Positions 37,208-45,686 of a stretch of 64,000 bases of DNA are shown one piece after another (the stretch's first letter is position 1; every line of letters starts with the position of its first letter). The position numbers and the translations under genes were made by a program. Source of the stretch: Bacillota bacterium (GTDB taxonomy: Bacteria; Bacillota; Clostridia; Christensenellales; WQRI01); assembly GCA_009786825.1 (NCBI GenBank), contig WQRI01000001.1:15266-79265 (forward strand), written 5' to 3'. A model generated the notes under the pieces. That model searched no databases and was not told where the DNA came from. It saw only the letters and a list, made by a program, of their open reading frames with translations.

Positions 37208-39223
37208 TTAAGACGCTTCCTCTGAGAACTGGCTTTGGTGCAGGCGGGCGTAGTAGCCACCTTTTGCTAGAAGTTGGTTATGGTTGCCTTGTTCTACAAT
37301 GTCGCCGTTGTTTACTACTAGTATTATGTCGGCACTTCTGATTGTGCTTAGGCGGTGGGCAATTACAAATGATGTTCTGCCGCGGGATAGGCTTTGCAGG
37401 GCTTGTTTTATGCTGACTTCTGTGCGCGTGTCTACGCTTGATGTTGCTTCATCTAGTATTATGATTGCGGGGTTGGCTAAAAACACCCTTGCTATTGTAA
37501 GAAGTTGTTTTTGACCGGCAGAGATGTTTGTTGCATCTTCGTTTAGTATTGTGTTGTAGCCATCTGGCATTTTTTCTATGAAGTAGTGGGCTTGGGCTTT
37601 TGTTGCGGCTTTTATAATTTCTTCGTCTGTTGCATCTTCTTTGCCGTAGGCTATGTTGTCGCGTATGCTTCCGTTGAACAGCCACGTGTCTTGCAAAACC
37701 ATACCGAAGCACTTGCGAAGTGTGTAGTGGTCTAGCGTTGAGATGTCTGTGCCATCTAGCGTTATTTTACCGCTGTTAATCTCGTAAAAGCGCATAAGCA
37801 AGTTTACGATTGTGGTTTTGCCAGCACCCGTTGGTCCGACAATTGCTATGGTCTGACCCGCTTTTGCCGTTAGGTTCATATTGTTTATTATAATTTTTTC
37901 TGGCTCGTAGCCGAATGTTACGTTGTTGAATTCTATGTCGCCTTTTATACTTGAGGGTTCAGCGAACAGCGATGAGCGATGAGGTTTTTGGGTTTCTTTA
38001 TTAATTGCGGTCTCCGTTTCAATCTGACCGCTGGTCGCTTCCCGCTGGTCGCTCTTATACTGTTCGCTGGTCGCTGACCGCTGGTCGCTGACAACGTCCG
38101 CTATCTCTTCTTCATCTAGTATCTCAAACACGCGCTCGGCGCTTGCTATTGTGCTTTGTATTACGCCGATTATTTGTGCGGCTTGCGAAATTGGCATTCC
38201 TAGCGTGCGTACGTACTGTACAGACGCTTGAATATCACCCGCGCTTATTCTGCCCGCGCGCAAGTGTATTGCGCCCACAACAACTACAAGCACGTATGTC
38301 ACGTTGGATAAAAAGCGCATAAGGGGCATTATAAGGGCTGTTAAAAACTGGGCGCGCTTGGACGCATCGTATAAGTCTGCGTTTATATTATCGAATTGCT
38401 CTATCGCTTTTTGCTCGTACGAGAATGCTTTTACTACTGTGTGAGAGCCGTACATCTCTTCTATGTGTGCGTTGATTTGACCCGTGTGCATTGCGCTTCG
38501 CTTGAATTGTTTTTGGCTACGCTTTGCTATAAAAGCGGTTGCTAAAAGGGAGATGGGTATGCTTCCAACAACAATTAGCGCAAGCAACCAATGAATTGTA
38601 AACATCATTATTACAGAGCCTACAACTTGTATTACTGCAGAAATTACTTGCAGTAGGGTTTGTTGAAGCGTTGTGCTTATTGTGTCTATGTCGTTGGTCA
38701 TTCGGCTTAGGGTTTCGCCGTAACTGTTTTTGTCGTAGAATTTTAGCGGGACGCGGTCTAGTTTTTGCTTCATCTCGCGGCGCATTCTGAATACTATGCG
38801 CTGAGCCACGCCCGATATTAAAAAAGAGGCGATGTACGATATTATAGAACTTGATGTGTAGAGTATGCCCGCAATTACTAGTAGGCGCACAACGTTTTGT
38901 AGGGTTGATAGCCCTTCCGCCATTAAGAATATATTTGTGGTTGCCTCGCCTGAGATGCGCGGACCAACTATCCAAACGCCCGTGCCGACTATTGTTATAA
39001 AAATTACAAAAGCCAATAGATAAGCCTCGCGCCCCATATATGTTGTGAGACGGCGGAATGTGCCTTTAAAATCTTTTGCCTTTTGCGCAAAGCCCATACC
39101 CGCACGACCAAAGCCCCTAGGTTGCGCTTGCCCCGCCTTTTGTTGCTGGCGGACAAGGTCTAGGTCTTTTTGGTCTTGAGTGTTTTCAGGTTTGCCCTGC
39201 TTGTTGTTTTTATTTTTGCTCAT
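37208..39223 (-). CDS. ABC exporter, fused permease/ATPase (heterodimer partner 2) with an element-derived insertion in the TMD-NBD linker
   Basis: Six-TM exporter fold. Walker A GPTGAGKTT, signature ISAGQKQ, Walker B IIILDEATS. There is no N-terminal C39 peptidase domain. Confidence 0.88.
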   Translation of the reverse strand: MSKNKNNKQGKPENTQDQKDLDLVRQQQKAGQAQPRGFGRAGMGFAQKAKDFKGTFRRLTTYMGREAYLLAFVIFITIVGTGVWIVGPRISGEATTNIFLMAEGLSTLQNVVRLLVIAGILYTSSSIISYIASFLISGVAQRIVFRMRREMKQKLDRVPLKFYDKNSYGETLSRMTNDIDTISTTLQQTLLQVISAVIQVVGSVIMMFTIHWLLALIVVGSIPISLLATAFIAKRSQKQFKRSAMHTGQINAHIEEMYGSHTVVKAFSYEQKAIEQFDNINADLYDASKRAQFLTALIMPLMRFLSNVTYVLVVVVGAIHLRAGRISAGDIQASVQYVRTLGMPISQAAQIIGVIQSTIASAERVFEILDEEEIADVVSDQRSATSEQYKSDQREATSGQIETETAINKETQKPHRSSLFAEPSSIKGDIEFNNVTFGYEPEKIIINNMNLTAKAGQTIAIVGPTGAGKTTIVNLLMRFYEINSGKITLDGTDISTLDHYTLRKCFGMVLQDTWLFNGSIRDNIAYGKEDATDEEIIKAATKAQAHYFIEKMPDGYNTILNEDATNISAGQKQLLTIARVFLANPAIIILDEATSSVDTRTEVSIKQALQSLSRGRTSFVIAHRLSTIRSADIILVVNNGDIVEQGNHNQLLAKGGYYARLHQSQFSEEAS
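37955..38100. repeat. intergenic-type repeat element read through in frame inside the ABC exporter gene
   Basis: GGGTTCAGCGAACAGCGATGAGCGATGAGGTTTTTGGGTT...CTGACCGCTGGTCGCT...CTGTTCGCTGGTCGCTGACCGCTGGTCGCTGAC. The same words occur as in the intergenic copies at 33810-33900, 34230-34380 and 34750-34877 (e.g. GAGCGAACAGCGATGAGTTTTTGGCTT). Confidence 0.75.
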
Positions 39224-39237
39224 AGTTTTATTTTTTG

Positions 39238-39394
39238 AATGTACAAATTACAATGTACAATGTACAAATGTTTCACCGCTAGCGCGGGCAATATTTTGCG
39301 TTTGCAAATGCTCTAAAAATCATAACGCAGACTGTTCAAACGCTTTGCAATTAACGAATTTAACATTTGTAATTTGTACACTGTAATTTGTAAT
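39238..39394. repeat. intergenic hairpin element, TGTACAAATTACAA flavour, canonical core
   Basis: AATGTACAAATTACAATGTACAATGTACAAAT - GTTTCACCGCTAGCGCGGGCAATATT ... GACTGTTCAAACGCTTTGCA - ACATTTGTAATTTGTACACTGTAATTTGTAATTT. Confidence 0.85.
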
Positions 39395-39398
39395 TTGG

Positions 39399-41150
39399 CT
39401 AGTTCTCTTGTGAGTTTACTATCTCTCTATACACGCTACAACTCTGAAGTAATTGCTCGTTCGTGCCTTGTGAGACTATTTGCCCTTCTTCTAGTACTAT
39501 AATGTTATCTGCTTCTTTTATTGTGGATACGCGCTGGGCTACTATTATTGTGATTGCTTCTTTGCCCGCCTCTCTCTTTGTGGTTTCTGTTTTTAAGTTT
39601 GCGCGTACTTGGGCGTCTGTTGTGTAGTCTAGCGCCGAGAAAGTGTCGTCAAACAAGTATATGCTGGGGCTTCCTACAACTGCGCGCGCTATGCTTAGCC
39701 TTTGCTTTTGCCCACCGCTAAAGTTTTTGCCGCCTTGCGCAACCGGTGCATCTAAGCCTTTTTCTAGCGCGAACTCTGCACTAGCAACATCTAGCGCGTG
39801 TAAAATTTCGCTCTCCGATGCATCTGCCTTACCTACTAAAATGTTGCTTACTATATCACCCTTAAACAGCATTGCTTTTTGAGATGTATAGCCAATTTGG
39901 CTTCTGTAGTCTTTCACGTTAAACTCGCGTATGTTTGTGCCACTTACGCTTATGCTTCCGCTGTCTATATTGTAAAAGCGCATAAGTATATTTGCTAGGG
40001 TTGTTTTTCCGCTTCCGGTCGGACCAATTATTGCTGTGGTTTGCCCCGCGTGCGCGCTAAAACTTATATCTCTAAGGGCTGGTTTGCTTGCGCGCGGATA
40101 TGTAAACGTAACATTTTCAAACACAAGCGTGCCACCGCATAACTCGCCCCGCCCTAAAGGCTTACCGCCGTTGTCGTTAATTTCTGGCTGTATTTTTAAA
40201 ATCTCGTTTATTCTGTTTGCGCTGGCTTGAGAGCGCGGCCATTGTATAAACAGCATAGTGAACATCATAAACGCGAACATAATCTGCATAGAGTACTGGA
40301 ACACGGCGAATACGCGCGCTAGTTCTGCGCGTGAGATTGTCTCGCCCGCATCTACTTGACCTTGTGTTGTGTGCGCCGTTAAAAATATAATGCCTAGTTG
40401 CATTCCAAACATCACAAGCATTGCGACGGGGTTTGTTATGCTGGCTATTCTGTTAACCCTAAGGGTTGTGCGCGTTAGGTTTACGTTGCTCTCGTGAAAG
40501 CGCTGTTGCTCTCTGGCTTGTCTGTTAAAGGCGCGTGTTACGCGTACGCCCGTAAGCCCTTCGCGCGCGACAAGTGTCAGTTTATCTAAGCGCTTTTGAA
40601 TGCGGTTGTACATCGGGAATACCACAAACATAACTGCCGCAACAATCAGTAGCATTATGCCTAGCGCGCCACCTATAACTAGCATATAGTCGCCGCCAAA
40701 CTCGCTTGCGTATATTATACCAAAAACAAAGGTGATAGGGGCGGAAGCCATTGTTGTAAACATCAGCACAAAAAACTGTTGCACTTGCTGAACATCGTTT
40801 GTTGTGCGCGTAATTAGGCTTGCCGTGCCTACTTCATCAAACTCTTTTAGCGAAAAACCCTCTACTTTTTCGAAAACCCTTTTGCGTAAGTTTCTAGAAA
40901 AGCCCACCGCCATTCTAGAAGCAAAAAACGCAACAAACACATTCGCAACAATCGCGCCAAACGCAAGCCCAAACATCCACCCGCCGCGCTCTATAATTTG
41001 CGCAACGCTCTCGTATTCTGTTGCGCCTATTGTTGCCGCCATTCTGCGCGGAAGTTCTAAGTCTAGAAGTGCCGCCGCCGCAACGAAAATAAGTGTCAGC
41101 AACGCTAACACTATTAAACGCGGGGTGAAGATTTTTAAAAGTTTGAACAT
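39399..41150 (-). CDS. ABC exporter, fused permease/ATPase (heterodimer partner 1)
   Basis: Walker A GPTGSGKTT, signature FSGGQKQ, Walker B IYLFDDTFS (a degenerate D instead of E, typical of heterodimeric exporters). Confidence 0.88.
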   Translation of the reverse strand: MFKLLKIFTPRLIVLALLTLIFVAAAALLDLELPRRMAATIGATEYESVAQIIERGGWMFGLAFGAIVANVFVAFFASRMAVGFSRNLRKRVFEKVEGFSLKEFDEVGTASLITRTTNDVQQVQQFFVLMFTTMASAPITFVFGIIYASEFGGDYMLVIGGALGIMLLIVAAVMFVVFPMYNRIQKRLDKLTLVAREGLTGVRVTRAFNRQAREQQRFHESNVNLTRTTLRVNRIASITNPVAMLVMFGMQLGIIFLTAHTTQGQVDAGETISRAELARVFAVFQYSMQIMFAFMMFTMLFIQWPRSQASANRINEILKIQPEINDNGGKPLGRGELCGGTLVFENVTFTYPRASKPALRDISFSAHAGQTTAIIGPTGSGKTTLANILMRFYNIDSGSISVSGTNIREFNVKDYRSQIGYTSQKAMLFKGDIVSNILVGKADASESEILHALDVASAEFALEKGLDAPVAQGGKNFSGGQKQRLSIARAVVGSPSIYLFDDTFSALDYTTDAQVRANLKTETTKREAGKEAITIIVAQRVSTIKEADNIIVLEEGQIVSQGTNEQLLQSCSVYREIVNSQEN

Positions 41151-41155
41151 ACTTG

Positions 41156-41216
41156 ATTAATTATGAATTCGGAATTATGAATTATGAATTGTTGCACACT
41201 AGCGCGGGCAAAGTTT
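41156..41216. repeat. half hairpin element, ATTATGAATT flavour
   Basis: ATTAATTATGAATTCGGAATTATGAATTATGAATT - GTTGCACACTAGCGCGGGCAAAGTTT. No matching right arm was seen. Confidence 0.6.
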
Positions 41217-41435
41217 GTTTTGGTCTACTTTATGTAGTTTTGGTTTCACGTGATTGCTTTTGGTTTCCTTAAATAATTTGATTTCTCTTAATTTTATCAC
41301 ATAACCCGCCGTAAGTCAATAATTTGACACTAAAATAATATGCCAAATTGCTTGACTAAATTGTGAAAATATTGTAAACTATTATGTAGGGGGTATACAA
41401 ATTTTTTCGCCTGCCATACTGTCAATGCTCTTGCA

Positions 41436-41618
41436 TTTAAAGCCCTAGATGCAAGAAAGCCACTCGCCTTTTGACGCTTTTGCTACGCAAAAGGCTAAAA
41501 CCTTACGGTTTACGGCTCGTCGGAAAGGTGCGCATTTGCGAAGGGCGCGTACTAGGCGTACGCAACTGAGCAAAGCGTAAACCTTGACGCAGTATTGCGC
41601 AGCATATAGGGCTTTAAA
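41436..41618. ncRNA. structured about 180-nt element, copy 1 (candidate ncRNA, leader or MITE)
   Basis: Closing inverted repeat TTTAAAGCCCTA...TAGGGCTTTAAA. Internal hairpins are GCCTTTT..AAAAGGC, AAACC-TTAC-GGTTT, GCGTAC..GTACGC and CGCA-GTAT-TGCG. It is homologous to 47374-47553. Confidence 0.45.
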
Positions 41619-41622
41619 TGTT

Positions 41623-42366
41623 ATGTTTATTGATTTAATAATTGTCGCGGTAATTATTTTGAGCGCTCTGGTTGGTTTTGCCAGAGGTTTTTTGCCTTCC
41701 ATTATGTCTCTTTTTGGGTGGGCTGCTTCTTTAATTATTGCTGTTTGGCTTGGTGGTAGATTTATAGATTTACTAGATAGTTTTTTTGATGTTAGAGAAA
41801 TGGTTTCTGAGGCTTTTATCACGCGTCTTGAGAGTATGAACCCCACGCTTTTTGCACAGCCACCAACAGAAGAAAACATTATTCAGGGGCTTTACGAGTT
41901 TGGGCTACCGGGCTTTATAAATAACTTGCTTGTGCCGGTTTTGTACCCGGGCGACCCGACTGTTGATATAGCGCTATCTCACTTGTTAGGACCAGCACTA
42001 GCAAACATTGTTTTGCGCGTTTTAAGTATGCTTATTTTGTTTACGCTTTTAAGTGTTTTAACCACCCTTTTAAATATGGGCGTAAACAGTTTATTACTAG
42101 ACAGAGATGGCGAGCGCAAAACGCTTGGGCAAGTAGACCGCGCCGTTGGCGTGCTGTTTGGTATTGGGCGCGGAATTGTTATGGTTGTTGCGGGCTTCTT
42201 TATACTAATAATAGCGCTATCTCTTCCGTTTGGTGCCGAGTTCGGTCATAACATAGAGCCGTCTCTAGACCAATCGTTCATCGCCCGCCACGTACTCTAC
42301 AACCTATACGACCAAATAATACAAATGCTAGACCTAGAAAATATTCTTACCAATGTTCAATTTTAG
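41623..42366 (+). CDS. cvpA: CvpA-family membrane protein
   Basis: MFIDLIIVAVIILSALVGFARGFLPSIMSLFGWAASLIIAVWLG is a typical CvpA N-terminus. Start moved to the internal Met. Confidence 0.75.
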   Translation: MFIDLIIVAVIILSALVGFARGFLPSIMSLFGWAASLIIAVWLGGRFIDLLDSFFDVREMVSEAFITRLESMNPTLFAQPPTEENIIQGLYEFGLPGFINNLLVPVLYPGDPTVDIALSHLLGPALANIVLRVLSMLILFTLLSVLTTLLNMGVNSLLLDRDGERKTLGQVDRAVGVLFGIGRGIVMVVAGFFILIIALSLPFGAEFGHNIEPSLDQSFIARHVLYNLYDQIIQMLDLENILTNVQF

Positions 42367-42497
42367 AATGGTAAATGTTAAATTGTTTCACCGCTAGCGC
42401 TGGCAATTTGATTGAAGTTGGAAAACGCAGACTGTTCAAAGGCAATATATATAATTGTGCTTCGCCATTAAAAATTTAAAATTTACCATTAAACATT
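42367..42497. repeat. intergenic hairpin element, TAAATGTTAAAT flavour, canonical core
   Basis: AATGGTAAATGTTAAATT - GTTTCACCGCTAGCGCTGGCAATTTG ... GACTGTTCAAAGGC - CCATTAAAAATTTAAAATTTACCATTAAACATT. Confidence 0.8.
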
Positions 42498-42525
42498 AAA
42501 AAAAGTGGCAATGCCACTTTTTTTA
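42498..42525. terminator. bidirectional terminator between cvpA and potD
   Basis: AAAAAAGTGGC-AAT-GCCACTTTTTT. Confidence 0.75.
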
Positions 42526-44013
42526 GTTTGCGTTTCGCCTGCGTCTTATGGCTAGTAGGATTAGGGCTGCGGCTATTAGGGTTATTGCGCTGGTGGTTAC
42601 TGCGAGCCATACGATGTCCATTGTGTTTAGCCCGCTCTCGCCCCCGCCCCTTGCTACGTTCCACACGTGCAGAACAAGGGCGTCTTGTGCTGGTGTGAAG
42701 TCTGCTAGTATTGCGAATGCTTCGTAGTGTGGCGCTCTGTGCGGAAAGAAAACATAGTTGCTATAAAACTCTGGGTCTGCTAAAGAAATTGGCTGACCCG
42801 CCGCATTTGTCTCACCAAAGATGTTTGGTATGCTGTGTACCAAAAAGTAAGTCAGATAGTCGTAAATCTCTTGCCCCAAATATTCTACTGTGTAAAACTT
42901 TGGGTCTACTGTTGTTGTGTAAAAGTGTGTAAGTATATTAGATGCCGCAGCCCACGGGTTGAACATCCAATTTATAAATTTATGCGCCGCATCTACATTT
43001 CTTGCGTTTTGCGGAATAACAAACATATCCATCCAAAAGTTAGCGCCCTCTGGTGGCAGAAAATAATATAAGTCTGGGTTTTGGAACATCGCAAAAACTG
43101 CTTGCCCACTCCACTCCATATTCATAATAATCTCGTTAGCAACCATTGCGTGCGTGTCTGTATCTACACCAAAGCGCGGGTTTTGAGAATCTGCCCCGCT
43201 TCCTAAAAGCCTATTAAAAGCCGCTTGAACCGCTTGCAAGTTTTCTGGCGAAGTACTATTATAAAAGTAGGTTGCTTTTGCCCCGCGCTCTATTTGGTCT
43301 GGTATTGCCAAAAGTGCATCTCTATTTGCATACAGCGCACCAACGCCAAACGCAAGGCGAAAACTGTCTTTAACCGCAATTTGTCCCCTAAGGCGCGAGT
43401 CCCACAGTATGCCCCAACCCTCTCTTTCTTTCCACTCTTGCAGTTGCAAATCTGTATAGCCTAGCCTTTCTTGCAAAAGTCTTCTGTTAAACATTATGCC
43501 CGTTGTGCCTTGTGTGTACGGCACGGCAAACCTATTTTGCGGGTTCCAATCTTCGAAATGCCCTAGCGGGTTGCCGTTATGCTGTATTATATAGTTTGTT
43601 ACGTTTGGCAACAAGTCGTAATTTAACTCGACTAGATGCCCTTCGCGCGCAAGCCTACTTGCCATATAATCAGATGGCACAAAAACATCGAAGTCTGTGC
43701 GCTGGTGAACAAGCAAGTTATACGCCGCCTCGTTTGTCTCGAATGTAGAAATTTCTACGCGAAGCCCGTAGTTTTCTTCAAACGCTTGAACTGTTGCAAT
43801 ACATAAATATCCCGTCCAGTTTAACACGCGCAAAATATTGTCGCGCGAAGCACAACCCGACAAAGAAAATGTAAACACAAAACTGCTTGCCACTAAAGCA
43901 AGTGATAATAGCGTAACCTTTATTTTTGTAAACAACCCCTTATTTGCCACTAGGGTTGTGCTTAAACTTTGTGTAATTGTTTGGGACGACCCGCCCCCAT
44001 TAGATTTAATCAT
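42523..44013 (-). CDS. potD: spermidine/putrescine ABC transporter substrate-binding lipoprotein with an extra C-terminal TM anchor
   Basis: Lipobox FSLSGC|ASRD and a PotD-like body. The C-terminus IVWLAVTTSAITLIAAALILLAIRRRRNAN is a TM helix plus a basic stop-transfer sequence. Confidence 0.8.
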   Translation of the reverse strand: MIKSNGGGSSQTITQSLSTTLVANKGLFTKIKVTLLSLALVASSFVFTFSLSGCASRDNILRVLNWTGYLCIATVQAFEENYGLRVEISTFETNEAAYNLLVHQRTDFDVFVPSDYMASRLAREGHLVELNYDLLPNVTNYIIQHNGNPLGHFEDWNPQNRFAVPYTQGTTGIMFNRRLLQERLGYTDLQLQEWKEREGWGILWDSRLRGQIAVKDSFRLAFGVGALYANRDALLAIPDQIERGAKATYFYNSTSPENLQAVQAAFNRLLGSGADSQNPRFGVDTDTHAMVANEIIMNMEWSGQAVFAMFQNPDLYYFLPPEGANFWMDMFVIPQNARNVDAAHKFINWMFNPWAAASNILTHFYTTTVDPKFYTVEYLGQEIYDYLTYFLVHSIPNIFGETNAAGQPISLADPEFYSNYVFFPHRAPHYEAFAILADFTPAQDALVLHVWNVARGGGESGLNTMDIVWLAVTTSAITLIAAALILLAIRRRRNAN

Positions 44014-44034
44014 TTTATCTGCCCCCGCCTTATT

Positions 44035-44916
44035 TTAAGTTTTTTTGAACTTGCTACGTGCAAGCCTGTTTTGCGCAAGTGTACCGATAGCAATTATGCT
44101 TATTGCGCCTACAAACATTACTGTTGCTAAAGCCCTGATAGCGCCCATAGTCTCGGCGTTACCAAATCGCGCCGCCGAATAGATGTATAGGGATAGCGTC
44201 TCTACAACCCCGCTGTTAAACCTTGTTATTAAAAAGTCGTCTAAACTAAGCGTGATAGACAGAACAAACGCCCCTAGCATTGCCGGAAAAATCTCAGGTA
44301 TAATTACTCGCCTTAATGCGTGAAATGGGCTTGCCCCTAAGTCTAGCGCGGCCTCGTAATTGTTTGGGTTTATTCGCCTAAGTCGCGGTAAAATGTTTAA
44401 AACTACAAACGGCGTGCATAACGCTACGTGACCTATAATTATTGTTACAAACCCAAAGGCAAAGTTATGTGGCAGAATTAAGTCGCCAAGTGGCATAAAC
44501 GCAACAGTAAAAAATAAGAATAGCCCCATTGCCGTTACTACTTCTGGGTTAACTACATTTATTTGGTTACCAAAAAGCATAACTCTTTTTGGGTTTCTGT
44601 TCATATAGAAAATACCTATTGCGCCAAGCGTGCCTAGTATGGTTGCTATTGTTGCTGATGTTAGTGTGATTATAAGTGTATTTCTTAGCGCGCGCCTAAG
44701 GGTTGGGTCGTTAAACATAAAGCGGTAGTTATCAAAAGTGAAGTTGCCGTCCATACCCATAAACCTAACGTCCATAAAACTGAAAAAGACCATATAAAAT
44801 ATTGGCGCGTACAATATTAAAAGCACAAGGGCAAGATAACTGCGCGCTAAAACTTTTTTAGGTGAGACTTTTTTAAACCACTCTGAGATAGCGGTTGTGC
44901 GTGTTTTTGTATCCAT
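44035..44916 (-). CDS. potC: spermidine/putrescine ABC transporter permease
   Basis: BPD-transporter permease with an EAA-like loop (EAALDLGASPFHALRRVIIPE). Named by operon position. Confidence 0.75.
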   Translation of the reverse strand: MDTKTRTTAISEWFKKVSPKKVLARSYLALVLLILYAPIFYMVFFSFMDVRFMGMDGNFTFDNYRFMFNDPTLRRALRNTLIITLTSATIATILGTLGAIGIFYMNRNPKRVMLFGNQINVVNPEVVTAMGLFLFFTVAFMPLGDLILPHNFAFGFVTIIIGHVALCTPFVVLNILPRLRRINPNNYEAALDLGASPFHALRRVIIPEIFPAMLGAFVLSITLSLDDFLITRFNSGVVETLSLYIYSAARFGNAETMGAIRALATVMFVGAISIIAIGTLAQNRLARSKFKKT

Positions 44917-45686
44917 TATATACTTGCCCCCCTACCTGTTTTTTCTTCTTTGCTTAGCAGTAAACTAACAAACACAAGCATAAATAATACAAGCGACAGC
45001 GCCGCGCCCACATTGTGTTGCCTGCCCTCGAAGTAGTTAAATATCAAGTCGCCCAAAAGCCTTACTCGCCCAGAACTTAGTATATCTGATATTACAAAAG
45101 TAGATATTGCCGGCGTTAGAACCATAACTGTACCCGCCATAATTCCCGGCACAGACATCGGCACTATTACCCTTGTAAAAGTTTGCATATTGGTTGCACC
45201 CAAATCTGAAGACGCCTCTTGCAAACTATAGTCCATACGCATAAGGCTAGAGTAAATCGGAAAAATCATAAACGGCAAAAAGTTATAAACAAGCCCGAAC
45301 AATACCGCAAAGTACGAAAACTCTAACAGCCCAAAGTTTTGAAGTAACTCTCGCGTTGCAATTGTGCGCAGTAAAAAGTGTACCCACATCGGCACTAAAA
45401 ACAAAATTATAAGCACGCTTATTTTGTTGTACTTTCTGTTGCTTAAAATGTATGCAACGGGGTAGCCTATAAGTAAGCAAATGGCCGTTGCGCTTATGCC
45501 CATACCAACAGAGCGAAGTATTGCAGAGCGGCGATACTGCTCTGTGAATAGCCCTGTCACGTTCTCTAAAGTGAAGTTTCCGTCTGCATTTGTAAAGGCG
45601 TAGAATATAATCAGCAATATCGGCATTAAAACAAATATCACCATAAACACAGCATACGGAATTCCAAAATGTTTGCGTTTAATCAA
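44916..45686 (-). CDS. potB: spermidine/putrescine ABC transporter permease
   Basis: Permease with QEASSDLGATNMQTFTRVIVP. Its start and stop overlap the neighbouring genes. Confidence 0.75.
   Translation of the reverse strand: MIKRKHFGIPYAVFMVIFVLMPILLIIFYAFTNADGNFTLENVTGLFTEQYRRSAILRSVGMGISATAICLLIGYPVAYILSNRKYNKISVLIILFLVPMWVHFLLRTIATRELLQNFGLLEFSYFAVLFGLVYNFLPFMIFPIYSSLMRMDYSLQEASSDLGATNMQTFTRVIVPMSVPGIMAGTVMVLTPAISTFVISDILSSGRVRLLGDLIFNYFEGRQHNVGAALSLVLFMLVFVSLLLSKEEKTGRGASI

Noticed and set aside
37208-41150. The two ABC exporter genes as the dedicated exporter (PCAT) for the double-glycine-leader proteins
   Set aside because: Neither has an N-terminal C39 cysteine-peptidase domain. 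One NBD has the degenerate Walker B typical of heterodimeric drug or lipid exporters, and the genes lie 23 kb from the array. A link cannot be excluded, but the sequence does not support it.
41445-41879. A 144-aa minus-strand ORF overlapping the structured element and the cvpA start
   Set aside because: It overlaps a well-supported CvpA gene and a repeat element, has no SD, and gives an implausible translation.
41623-42366. CvpA (colicin V production protein) as part of a bacteriocin system
   Set aside because: CvpA is a widespread housekeeping membrane protein, and the bacteriocin link is historical naming. There is no contextual tie to the array here.
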